The notes beneath the pieces were generated by a model. The model was not told the origin of the DNA, searched no databases, and saw nothing but the letters and a program-made list of their open reading frames with translations. A DNA stretch of 64,000 bases from Zygnema circumcarinatum SAG 698-1b. Taxonomy: Eukaryota > Plantae > Zygnematophyceae. Where the stretch lies: the NCBI GenBank assembly GCA_037447605.1, contig CM074806.1, positions 2,108,001-2,172,000 on the forward strand. Reading direction: 5' to 3'. Positions 36,347 to 47,403 of this stretch are shown here, piece by piece. Every line of letters starts with the position of its first letter. Position 1 is the first letter of the stretch. A program made the translations under genes and the position numbers.

Positions 36347-37374
36347 GCGAAGGGACTAGTTTTGGAGGCGTGCTGCCGTGACCTTTCCTGCTTAATTCAG
36401 TTCGTAGGTGTGATTTAATATGGCAAAATTTTTAAAAAGTTTGCCTACGGTACTTGTAAATATTGGATTCATTAGATTCCGGTATGTTCCAAGAAGTGGT
36501 CATTCCTGAAAAGCAAGTGTTGTCAACTCCCAAAATTATGTTTTGAGTGCCTTGAGGTCTTGTTTTTTTGAATTGCGTTGTATGAGGCTTCTGCATGTGC
36601 TTCAGCAAACTGTGTTTGCCAGACTGTATGCTTAGTGCTGGAACGTGATGATGCTGCGTGGCATTAAATCCACTTCGGTGAATGTTGTGGATACCAACGG
36701 GCAATGATGTTGCATGTCTCCGTGTTAGTGCTTGTGGCTCATGAAGATTTACTCTCCCTAGGTGATGAATATTTTGGGCATCCATCCTATGCTACGAAAG
36801 AGCTGTGGCCAGTTAGAAACTGTAGAAGTTCATACATTTGCAGAACTGAATTTACGGTGAATAGTTGTACAAACTGTTGATCCCGACACGAAAATGTGAA
36901 CAACCATTTCTGTGCAAATGCACTGTCTTGCACTTGAACCTCGCTACAAATCATATCGGGAGGAGCTACACGAGTTTATTGTATGCTGTCATGTTATGGT
37001 AATGATTGTTTCAATCAACTGGAAATGGCAATCCCGGGAGTGAATGTTTATCGGGTGTTTCTTGAAGTGGAAGATGTGAAACTATCATTCAGTGAAGGTG
37101 CGCTGTGTTTCCTTTCAACGTGTTCTAGATCGTCAAGAGTTGTTACTGTGCTCTACTCGTTAGTACAGAAATTGCCTAAATGCATAAGCGCTCCAACCAG
37201 TCAGCATACGCTGCCCTCTCCCCACACTGCTCTACAGTGGGCCCCCACGCCGCCAGAATCGGGACCACGTCGTCGTGGGAGTCACGGCAATCACGGACCC
37301 CGCCGCCGTTGAAGTTTTAGGTCGGCCCTAAATGCCAATTCATCTCCTCTAGGCCAAACCAGACCTTCAACCAT

Positions 37375-38122
37375 AGGTCAACCATTGCTTGCCAGTCATT
37401 GGCCGGTGAATATTCACAACCAGTGGACTTGCTGGCAACCATTGATAACCAATGGTTGCAGCTATTGCACAGGTCGGACCATTGAATTGACAACCATTGG
37501 CAATCGTTGGACGTCTAATGGTTGGCATTCACCCAGCCGAATGGTTGTTTCGGTCCGTCGGCAATGGTTGGCAAGCATTAGATCCAATGGTTTCCAACCA
37601 GTCGAATGGTTGCCAACCATTGCATGCAATGGTTCCGAACCATTCGAATGGTTGGTTCGATTCAGCGCCAATGGTTGGCAACCAGTCGAATGGTTGACCT
37701 AATGGTCCGACCTGTGAACTATTGGCGGGGATCGCCAACCAATGGTTTGCAACCATTTGCATCATTCTCAACCATTGCGTTCAATGGTTACAACCATTGG
37801 AAAGGGTTGGTCGGTCCAATCAATGATTGCCCAACTGACGGTGAGAATTGGTCACCATTGGTAATCGTTCCAATGGTTGATCCAATGGTCCGACTTGTGA
37901 ACTCTTGAATGTACATTATTGTAAAATTTAATGTACAGTAGTGCAAGGGTCGGACCATTAAGTCAACCATTGGCAGTGGTTCAACCATTGGTTGAAGAAC
38001 CCAGCCAGCTATTGGTTGCCAATGGTTGCCAACCATGGACATTCAATACCAACCATTTCTAATGGTTCGAAGTACTAGATCCAATGGTCGACAACCATTG
38101 CCAACCATTGGTCGGAGCCCTA
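37375..38122. repeat. Diverged AACCATT/AATGGTT repeat field with internal inverted blocks
   Basis: Dense AACCATT and AATGGTT heptamers in both orientations. CACAGGTCGGACCATT (~37467) is the exact inverse of AATGGTCCGACCTGTG (~37701). Confidence 0.85.
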
Positions 38123-38769
38123 GTTCAACGAAAGACATGTCATGTTTATATTTTTTTTGAAATCAAGCGTTTATTAGCTCTGTAATGGTAACCACACTGC
38201 CTCTCTAATGCAGTAGCGGACCTTCGGTGTCCTCAGGAGACGCTTAGCTCCCCTCAGATTTTGAAAGGTTGTTTGCTTTTGAAGGCTGAATAGCATAAAT
38301 ACACCGAATTTCACATTTCTTTCCCGACTCACTGCCAGCCCCCACTAAAGTAAAATCCTGGATTCGCCCCTGCTCTAATTTGAGGTTAAATCTGCAAGCT
38401 GACAATCCGACCCAATTTTAGTTTAACCGCGCCAATGGTTGCCAAACATTACCAAGGTGTTATGACCACTGTTTAGAGGGCTGGCCCGCGGTTGTGAACC
38501 ATAGGCAAGCCACACGCTGGCAAGCAATGCCTGGCCAATGGCTGCCGAACCAACGGCCCGATATCAACTGTGCGGCATTTCGTTTGAAAGGCCGGACACG
38601 GCTCAAATAAACTTAAGCATTTTAAAATTGTATCGCAACGCACCGGGTATTCGCGAGGAGAAGAAAGTCCTCCCGCGCAGCGAGAGCCGAACATCATGAA
38701 ATCGTTCCCGCTCGTGGTGCGGCTATCCGTACGAAGAGCACTTACATAGTGCGAATCTGTCAATGAGTT

Positions 38770-39655
38770 TGTTCTCGTGGCCGTTGAATTTCAGTTGCTT
38801 CGACGCCAGTTTGGATGTCTTTCTTCACCAGTGCGCCCATCGCTCCTTCGAGATGCACACACGGCCCCGGGAACCCCCCTGTGGCTATGCTCACAACCTT
38901 CCATCGAACGCATCTCTACCGCCTCATAACGGTGCCTCGCCTTCACGCCTCCTTCGACGCGCCACGGCTGCTGGCGACCGTCCCCATGGCCTTGCGCCCC
39001 TCCCTCCCTCCCTCCGCGCAACGTGGCCCACATCGCCGACCTTTGCGGCTGCTAATCGAGCCGGGTAGCTGGTGGGCCTAGAAGCAGAGCTGCGCTGCAA
39101 GCTTCCCTCCTCCCCGCTCATCCCGCATGCGGACCCGTCCTCCCCCTCGCGCTCGACCATGCCGCCATCCGTCGCCGCCCGCCCGCCCGCCCGCCCGCCC
39201 GCCCCCCTCCGCCGCGACTCGCGAGGCGACGGCGACAGTCGGAGCCTGCCCGGCCTGTCCGACGCGGCGCTGTCCGTACGTTTGAACGTACGGTCCCAGG
39301 GCGGGCGGAGGGGCGGCGGAGGGGAGCGAGCGGCTCCGCGCGGCCGGATCGGAGCGCATCGGATCGGATCGGATCGCGGCGACGGGCGAAGGGAAGGGCC
39401 GGGGGGCAGGCACCTCGTCAAATAAGGGAATACAGTACAGTACCCGTAAAAAGTGGTACTGTACTTTAGTAGTAGGAGAAAACGTACAACATTGCTGTTG
39501 TTGGCGTTCTTGAGCCTAGGAGAAGTTTTCCGCTCCTAGCTTTTTTCGTTTGTCCTTAGGTCCTTTGCGACCAGTTCCTCGTGGTTCCCCATGATGCTGA
39601 TTTTGTCCATGCATTTGATGGCCTCGCCATCGTGAGATCAATGCCACTTCCATTA
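38770..39655 (+). repeat. Dispersed unidentified repeat, copy d (interrupted by a GC-rich/microsatellite insert at ~39060-39480)
   Basis: The reverse complement aligns with 20710-21190 in two blocks. Confidence 0.75.
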
Positions 39656-40279
39656 GTTTTCAAGTAAAAGTAGTAGTAGTCGTCGTTTTCTATGTTTTTC
39701 CATGTTGAAAGGGCGGTTTTTTGTTAAGGGAAATTTTCGAGTTTTCCCAACGTATTTAAGGGATTTTTTTTTAAAACAATCCCTTACTTGACGATGCCTG
39801 GCGGGGGGGGGCCGCTTGGGCGCCACGTGCGCCCCCTCCTCCCCCGGCCCCAGGTGCCGCCCGCCCCGGCCCGCCCCTACGGATGGCAATTACCGTACAA
39901 GCGGCCATCCCCACCGGCACCGCGCGCGCGGCCGGACGGACGGCCGGGCATCGCTTGGTTCGTCGTGCCGTGCGTGTGTGTTGACGGCAGCTGCGTGCCG
40001 GCGAGTCCGCGCCGTGAACGCGGCGGCGCAGCGCGGCTCGCTCCGCGCATTGACCCCCGCCCGCACGCCGCGCCGCCGCGACCGGCCCGACCGCTCCACC
40101 GAGCGAGCGAGCGAGCGATCGTTGCGGCGGGGGGCCGGGCGGGCGGGCGGGCGCAGGAGGACAGGACGGGACGGGACAGGAGTCACAGGACGGACGCCGG
40201 CCCGCCGGGTCAGGCCGGGCCGGGCTGTCGACCGGCGGTGACGCCCTCCCTCCGGCACTTCCTCTCGACCCTTCGCCGG

Positions 40280-40340
40280 CCGTCCGTCCGTCCGTCCGTC
40301 TGTCCGTCCGTCCGTCCGTCTGTCCGTCCGTCCGTCCGTC
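40280..40340 (+). repeat. (CCGT)n microsatellite in the GC-rich region upstream of the F-box gene
   Basis: Read directly; (GAGC)n, (GCCT)n and (CT)n tracts lie nearby. Confidence 0.9.
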
Positions 40341-40588
40341 GCCCGCCGGCCGGCCAGCCTGCCCGCGCCCCGCAAAACCGCATTGATGACGCACTTGCGC
40401 GTGGCATTCATGTCTGATGACGCCATGCGCTACCTGCCAGCCGGCCGGCGGCGATATTTTCGCCTGTTCGGCCGGCGTTGTCGCACGTGTGAACCGACAA
40501 TCAGCGAGGAGGCGTCGCTCGTGCGAGAAGAGCCGCGAGAGGGCAGGCGGGCACGGGCAGGCTTAGGGCTGAGGAGGCGCCGCTCCGC

Positions 40589-40622
<34 letters not shown>

Positions 40623-40954
40623 GCAACCGCCGTTGCCCTCGCCCGCTCCCTCTCTCTTCCTCTCCCTCTCTCTTCCTCTCCCTCTCTCCTCGCCCTCTTG
40701 CCTCTCTTTCCCTCTGCGCAAACGCTCTTCCGAGTCTCTTGGATAGCTGGCGGCTTGTCCGCAGCGCGGAGCTTGACGATTGGAGGAAAACGCGTGACTG
40801 GCGCCTGCGTAATTACAATACACGTCTTCTAGTCCTAATCTGCGAGAAGGTGCAACTGCGCCTTTGCTTGTAACAGTGCAGTGAAAAAAGCTTTCGTCAA
40901 TGTGTTGTTCGCGGTTAGCGAGAAGCCGCACCTGGAGGAGAGTGGGTACGCGCG

Positions 40955-43900
40955 ATGGGTGATGTGTCCACGGAGAACATCAGCATAAGTCAGGATCTGC
41001 TATCTGTCTCGCCGTTTTTGGAGAAGCCGCATCTGCATCGCAACAGTCCTTCTGTGGCAGCCATGGGTAGGGGGGGAGACCAGGTTGGTAGCGAGTCTTT
41101 GAGACTTGGCACCATAACTTTAGGAAAAGGAAAGGTCAACCAGATAGTGGCGCTGCCGTCAATATGCGGCACGCTGCAGAAGAATATGGCAGGCGGCTGC
41201 ATCTGCCCTTCACCTGCCTCCGCCCCGTTGACTGTGAAGCTCGACGAGTCGTCCTATGGGCAAGGATGCGATGCAAATTTGAGCAGAGAAAAGATGGGTG
41301 GCACAGCGATGAAAGCGGCAGAGGGAGACGACACGCAGAAAGTCTCGTTCAACGGAGTGAGCGACGAGGCCAAGAGTGGCGAAGAGGAGGTGAAGCAGGG
41401 GAAGGCTGACGTGGCGCAAGGGATGCAGCAGGAGACTGCAGACAGAGAAGCAAAGTTATTGAGAGAACTTCCCGGGGATCTGTTGCAGTTATGCCTTGCG
41501 CGAGTGCCGTACAGATTTCATCCTCGTCTGAAGGCAGTGTGTAAGCAATGGAAGTCCTTAGCAGATGGCCACCGACTTTTGCAGGTACAAGCACCATGAG
41601 CTTTTTATCTGAACCATTATTTGAACTCCTTTCTTCTGCTCGTTAACTTCACGCACAGCCTTTCTAGAATGCTATTCTGAAGGTATCAACTTCGGGCAGT
41701 GGAACTCCACCATTAAATAGACTTTTCACCAAACCTGAATGAACCGTCGTTACCTGCATGGAAGGGATTCATTTTGCGCAGCAAGCATGTGTCCCAAGTC
41801 ATACGGGTAATGTTGTCTGAAGGTACTCTATCGCGCTCGTCTGAGACGGAGTCAGTAAGCAATTTATGGATACCCTTATCCACGTGTGCCATAGACTTTT
41901 CCTTGTTTCTGTTCATATCTTTCGCAGGATGGTACTTGTAGGCTGGTCGTGTGCCTCTTATTGAAGCTGTCTCTGAATGTCATGCAGTTACCATCTATGG
42001 GTAGTCCCCCCCCTTTTTTTTTTTTTAAACTGCAATGGGGTTGAGCTTGGGGGAGATGCGCAATTTGCTAACACGGCCTTTTTATGCTTCGGCAGGTTAG
42101 AAAGGAGGCAGGCAAGACCGAAGTGTGGACGTTCATTCTTGAAAACGAATATGATTACTACAGGAAGTACTTGGGGCTCCGGGGGCATGGTTATAATCTG
42201 TACCGTGAGGGCGGCAGCTCCCCTCCTCTACAGTATGTCATAACTGCTTTCCTCCATCTAGTTTCATAATTGTTCTGTCTTGACTGGCATGGCAAAACCA
42301 TTCATTCTATTTTTAGGTTTCAGAGCACTTTGTTGGGGCTAGCGTGATACCATTCAAGGTAGTCAAAGCCATATTCTTTCTTCCACCTTGTGTTTTGTTC
42401 ATTGCATGTTTGCAGTGGTATCTGGTGTGGGGGTTTTGCAATCTTCATATGTGCTTGTCATAAATCGCTGCTTTTTCCACTGAAAAGAGCATCAGAATGA
42501 CCATCCTCCCATGCTCGGAGCTGTTCCTCCCTCTATCACCTACCATTTCTCTGGACCACAATATTTCCGTCAATTTTTTTGGATGTCCATGGAACTTGCA
42601 ATATCGGCAGACCTCATGATAGTCAAGCTGCGCAACCTAATCAGCTTACCATTTTGATGTTGCCTCACTCTGTTCCCTCACTCCGCAGAGCCCCGTATGG
42701 GTACATAATGTGGGATGGGGACCGCCCGTACGTGGCGCCATTTGAAGGAGGCCACCCAATTGCAAGGCTTCAGACACCTCTTCGGCTCGAGTATGGCGCT
42801 GCAGGTGCGCCCCTCTCCCAACGGACCTGTTCTCTCTCGTCCCCTGCAACGAAGCGAGCCGACCAGGAATGCACCATGGCTTCGTTCATCAACTTCATTC
42901 TTAGGATGGTCTTTCATCTCCTACTTAAGTTGCAAATTCAGTTATGAACAACTTCTGGTGCACAATGTCTGGTGTATGGCGGTTTGCAGGCGCAGACAGC
43001 CTGCTCTATGTGATGGGGGGTCGTCCAGCTCTGAACGGATGGCACACGGGCTTCTCCAAACCGCCCGCGTGGGAGGTGTTCTCGCGGGTGGACGTGTACA
43101 GCCCCGTCGACAACACGTGGCGCCAGGTGGCACCAATGCCGGTGGCGCGCTATGGCTTTGCTACGGGCGCCCTGAGGGACCCTCTCACCAACCTGGTTTG
43201 TGGCTTCCCAGCCTGTTTCCTGTCCCTTTGAGACTTGTTTGAGACCAGTTTTCCTTGGAGCTCAGTATTTTGCTGGGTCTCTTAAAAGAGCAAGGCACTC
43301 TCGTGAGAGAGTTGAGGCCTTTTCTTTGAATGACATCCTAGAGAAGTGTTCATGCAATGTAAAAACTGTAATGCGCCAGTAAAACGCCGCATCCCCACGC
43401 CTCGAGAATTGGACGACAGAGATGGTCAGCTAGAGATAGATGTCTGGGAGTCCTCGACTAGGTGAGGTGGAGCAGTGTCACAGGGAGGCGACAAGAACAT
43501 TTCAATACCTTGCAGAGTTGCAGATGACGCTAAAGACTGGTCTGGTCAGGAAGTCTGGCCCTCCAGAGAGATGCTAGGCATGCCAGATACGAAACACGCA
43601 TCCGTTGGAGTAGTTGGATGAAACACTCTGCTAGGATGGAGACTTGTTACGTCCGACTGGTGTAAACATCGTTAGATGATCCATTTTTCTTTGTTTTGGC
43701 GGCCTTCTTTGTCCCGTAGGGCACAAAGGTGCACGTAGAACCCTTCACTCAATACATGTTTTTTACTTCGCTAGGTCGTGGAATGTACCTAGACAGCATG
43801 GCCCTGTTGGACTAATTATGGCGCACTTTTGGAGCCCGGCTCCTCTATCTTACTTTATAATGATTTTTGCACCTTTTTAAACGAAAACGTCCTTGTGCAT

Positions 43901-44833
43901 AGTTCACTTTATGTTCGTGGAGGAGTCGCACAGCTGGATTTTCGCGTGGGAGAGCGCCCCTCAATTGTCTGGGTTCTGTGCAGACCAGCTTTAACTAGAT
44001 AGTTATCAGCTATTCTGTTTTTCGGCGTTGGTAGGTTGAAGCCAAATAGGTCAGATAGCCGGAAAACGGTAGATTGCTCTCACAGGTTCAGGTCAGTGGT
44101 CTGTTGGTACTGCTGCGTACATGTGGCTGTGCTCTCGTTTGGCCTTGTGCGTTCCATGTTCCTTCTCTATAAGTTTTCGGAGACAAACCGCAATGCTGCC
44201 GTTTGGAACTACCTGTGAAGTGACTTGGTGGCCTTGTCCTTTCCCTTTTTACCTGCGCCTTCCGTCCTGCAGGTGAAAGTAATCGTTGCTGGCGGGTATG
44301 GCACTGATGAGAATCCCCTGAGTTCGGCAGACATCTATGATCCTGCAAGTGATACTTGGCGGGCTCTTCCCCCAATGCTGGTGAGGGGAAGCGAGCCTTT
44401 ATAAGAAGCCGTCGATGGGTCGTGGGATCTGCAGAATTCTTTGGAGACCATCTTTCTGAGCTTTTTGGTAGCTCGAGTATGCTTTGAGTTTGACTTTTGA
44501 GAGGAAGAACCGGGAGAGAATCATGCTGAAGCTTCAGAGTAGAGGACTTGCAGGTTTACAAAAGCTCTTGGGCGAGATAGGCAAAGACCCCTGATTGGCT
44601 TGTTTGCCGGTTGTACTCCTGCGCAGAACTCGAGTGGAGCCTGCAGAGGGCAGGTGGTGGAGGATCGCTTCATGGTCAAGCAGCTCGACGATGGCCTGTT
44701 CATTGAAGCCTTTGACCTCGCTACTATGACGTGGTCCACACTTCTCGACAACGGGCAGGTTGAGCGCGATCCCCTCAACATAGGCGATATGAACAATAAC
44801 CGAAGTCGCAATTTCACATCCTTGAATCTCTAG
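40955..44833 (+). CDS. F-box/kelch-repeat protein; exons 40955-41584, 42096-42232, 42689-42804, 42990-43195, 44273-44380, ~44627-44833
   Basis: F-box LLRELPGDLLQLCLARVP...LKAVCKQWK. Kelch repeats LYVMGG...VDVYSPVDNTWRQVAPMPVARYGFA and VIVAGGY...ADIYDPASDTWRALPPM. Junction phases are consistent; the last exon is less certain. Confidence 0.88.
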
Positions 44834-46086
44834 TTACAACGCCCTGCCCGTTCAAGAGGCATAGAGAGTAGTCTAGTGGAAGCGTGTGGCCTCGGGGAAG
44901 GCACGCAAAGAAATGGGTGGCAGAGGTAGCAGAGATAGGGCACGGCGATTCGGTGAGGGCTGGGAGTGTGGCTTTGTTTGGATCAGCCTCGGTTGACGGC
45001 ATGTAGTGTACGGAAAGGCGGCTGGCAGGAGCCCGTGGGGACTGCTTCCCTTGGCTCTGGGGGGCACAGTGGGAGTGAGCATTTGAGAAGGCCGGTGTAT
45101 TTTTTACTTAGCTTATTTAGAGCTAGAGCTCAGTGGTCAGTTGTCTGGATGTCATTGAAGCCATGATGGTGTGAGCTCCTCTTATCATGGTTTCAATGCT
45201 AGTGCGGTAGAGGGCAGATGGAGCCGCCTACTCGCATGTATGAAGTGCATTCTAGTTCACGTAATAGATCCTTAGGGTCATTTCCAAGCGCATCACGAGG
45301 CCGTGGTGTCGTGTGGACCCGTGCCCACTGTCAGTTTGAGAAAGAAACAGCTGCTTTGGCGGTTTTGGATTAAAGGCAATTGCTTGGCGCTGCCTTTAAA
45401 ATGGGGTGACGGAATTGTTGGGGGCTCCCCGTGGTGGATGGGAACTAGCGCAGGGGTGTCTCAGAGCTACTTCAGAGAAGAGTTCCATTTTTCAAGGTTG
45501 CCTTTAATTTGTCCCTACACATCCAGTATGGAGCCTCCGTCTTAGAAAAAATTCCTCGACGGATGTTTACTAATTCACTTTTTGGAATTTCCCGGTCCAC
45601 TTTCAAGCCTACCATTTGAGGCGTGCCTATAACAAGCGGTTTCAGATGTGACTTCCGGGAAATTGAGCGGGTTGCTGATTGTCGCGCGATTGATGTACAT
45701 TGCGACAAATTGCTTTTTTAAAACTTACTTTCCTTCTACAAACAAAAAAGTGGGGAATCGTGAACTGTAGGGGACTTGAACTACCACAAGTTGCTGTGTC
45801 GCTCTCTCAGAGAGTTCCCCGTACGGTCCTCGTTCCCAAACTAATCCATCCCACGACGAAGTGCAGAGTTTGAGAGGCCCAAGTGTCGCTAAGCAGGGGT
45901 CTGCAAAGACACCCGCTTTGTATGGGCTCTCTCAGACTTCGCAATTTCTTCGTGGAGAATCATTTGCCTCTTAATCGGAAAGCGTGGGCGTGGAGAGTGA
46001 GGAAAGCGATGCGCCATGTGTCGTTATATAGTTGGTAATTTGGATTTCGTTAGTTTCCCCCATTATTAGAACGTTCTATTTCTGAA

Positions 46087-46142
46087 GGAGAATTCTACTG
46101 CACGAATTCCCCCCAAAACGCGGGGCTGCAGTAGAATTCTCC
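46087..46142. mobile_element. 56-bp minimal Mutator-like element
   Basis: Perfect 16-bp TIR GGAGAATTCTACTGCA/TGCAGTAGAATTCTCC and a 9-bp TSD ATTTCTGAA on both sides. The inner CAAAACGCGGGG.TGCAGTAG is shared with the right end of the 17671-18563 element. Confidence 0.9.
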
Positions 46143-46601
46143 ATTTCTGAAATCTAGAACTCTAAAAGCCGTCCCTGTTCAGGAGGCTCTGCCGTACACG
46201 TTTCGTACGGTCAGTTCCTGCCAGCCGTACGCCGTCCTTTGGCGCGCGCACCCATCGCGTGGCTGGCGGGGGCCGACGTGCACGGCCCGTGGCCGTCGAT
46301 CTCCCACCGGGTCCCGCGCGGTCAAGCATCGGACGGCTCCGACGCCGTGAGTCCTTCTGCAACGTGACATTCACGCGTGCGAATCCGGGCAGTGATTGGC
46401 GGACCCCCTGGCCGGGGCGGAGCGCCGGCTTCCAGAAGAAAGGCGGGGAGGGCGGGCCACGTGGCAAAACGGTCGGCCCTCGGCGCCGAGGTGGCCGCCG
46501 ACCTGGCCGGGACGCCGAGGGAGGGGAGGGAGGAAGGGAGAGAGAAGGGAGAGGAGGGAGAGAGAGGTAAAGGTTTTATCGGGGGGGGGGGGGGGGGGGG
46601 G

Positions 46602-46611
46602 NNNNNNNNNN
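46602..46611. other. Assembly gap (10 N) after a poly-G run
   Basis: Read directly. Confidence 1.
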
Positions 46612-47403
46612 GGGGAAGAGGCTGCAGGTCCCGCATTTGCAAAATAGATAGCGCGCGGAGGGCGCAGGAAGGGACCGTTGGCATCCACACCCTGTTTGCA
46701 GAGGTCCCACAGGAGTGAGAGTGCAGACAAAAACAGTCTGGAAATTGATTGGTACTGTGAAATCAGGGACAAGGGGTAGCAGCTGGACGTGAAGTAGCTG
46801 TGAGAGGGAGAGCGAGGGAGTGTGGGAGAGGGGCTGAGAGCGAGAGGGAGAGAAGGGGAGGGCCTTAGATGGAAACTTTAATGGTGCAGAGGTCTGCTGC
46901 GTGTGTGGCGCGGTCATCTCCTTTGTCAGGCGCTTCAGCAGTGTATCGGGATGGGCAGAGTGTCCCCGCAAGTTCTTGCAAGGGTATTGAAGGTGAGGAC
47001 GGGGAAGCGGGAGATGTGAACATGAGCAGGTGACAGGAGCTAGATTTTCTGAGCACAGCTGATGTCCACATTTCTTGCACGTTTTATTTTCTCGGTTTAG
47101 TTGCTTTTAGAAGCAGAAGTGCATGGCCTACTCATCGTCTACATATAACACTTTTCAGAATTTTGTAGCCTCCCAGCGGTGGAAAGGTTCATTGAGGAGA
47201 AAGCAGCATGTGAACTATGGGAGATTGGCGGGTGCATTGTCGAAGGCTGCATTGGTGGTTTCTCTCTTCCATGGGCCAAAGACATTTTGTCATTATTTCT
47301 TAATCCACCCTGACTCATATAAGATGGCTTCTGCGTCGCATGATCTTCCTTTCGCGAAACTATTTCTGCAGGTCGCCAGTGTTTCTTCGCGGAAGATGAA
47401 GGG

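Noticed and set aside
39413-39796. Inverted CGTCAAATAAGGG / CCCTTACTTGACG pair as TIRs
   Set aside because: The match is only ~13-16 bp, the arms diverge outward, and there is no target-site duplication.
39771-40426. Multiple ~200-aa ORFs upstream of the F-box gene
   Set aside because: They are products of GC-rich microsatellite DNA ((CCGT)n, (GAGC)n).
45472-45708. 78-aa minus-strand ORF between the F-box and BASS3 genes
   Set aside because: Short, with no motif and no splice context.
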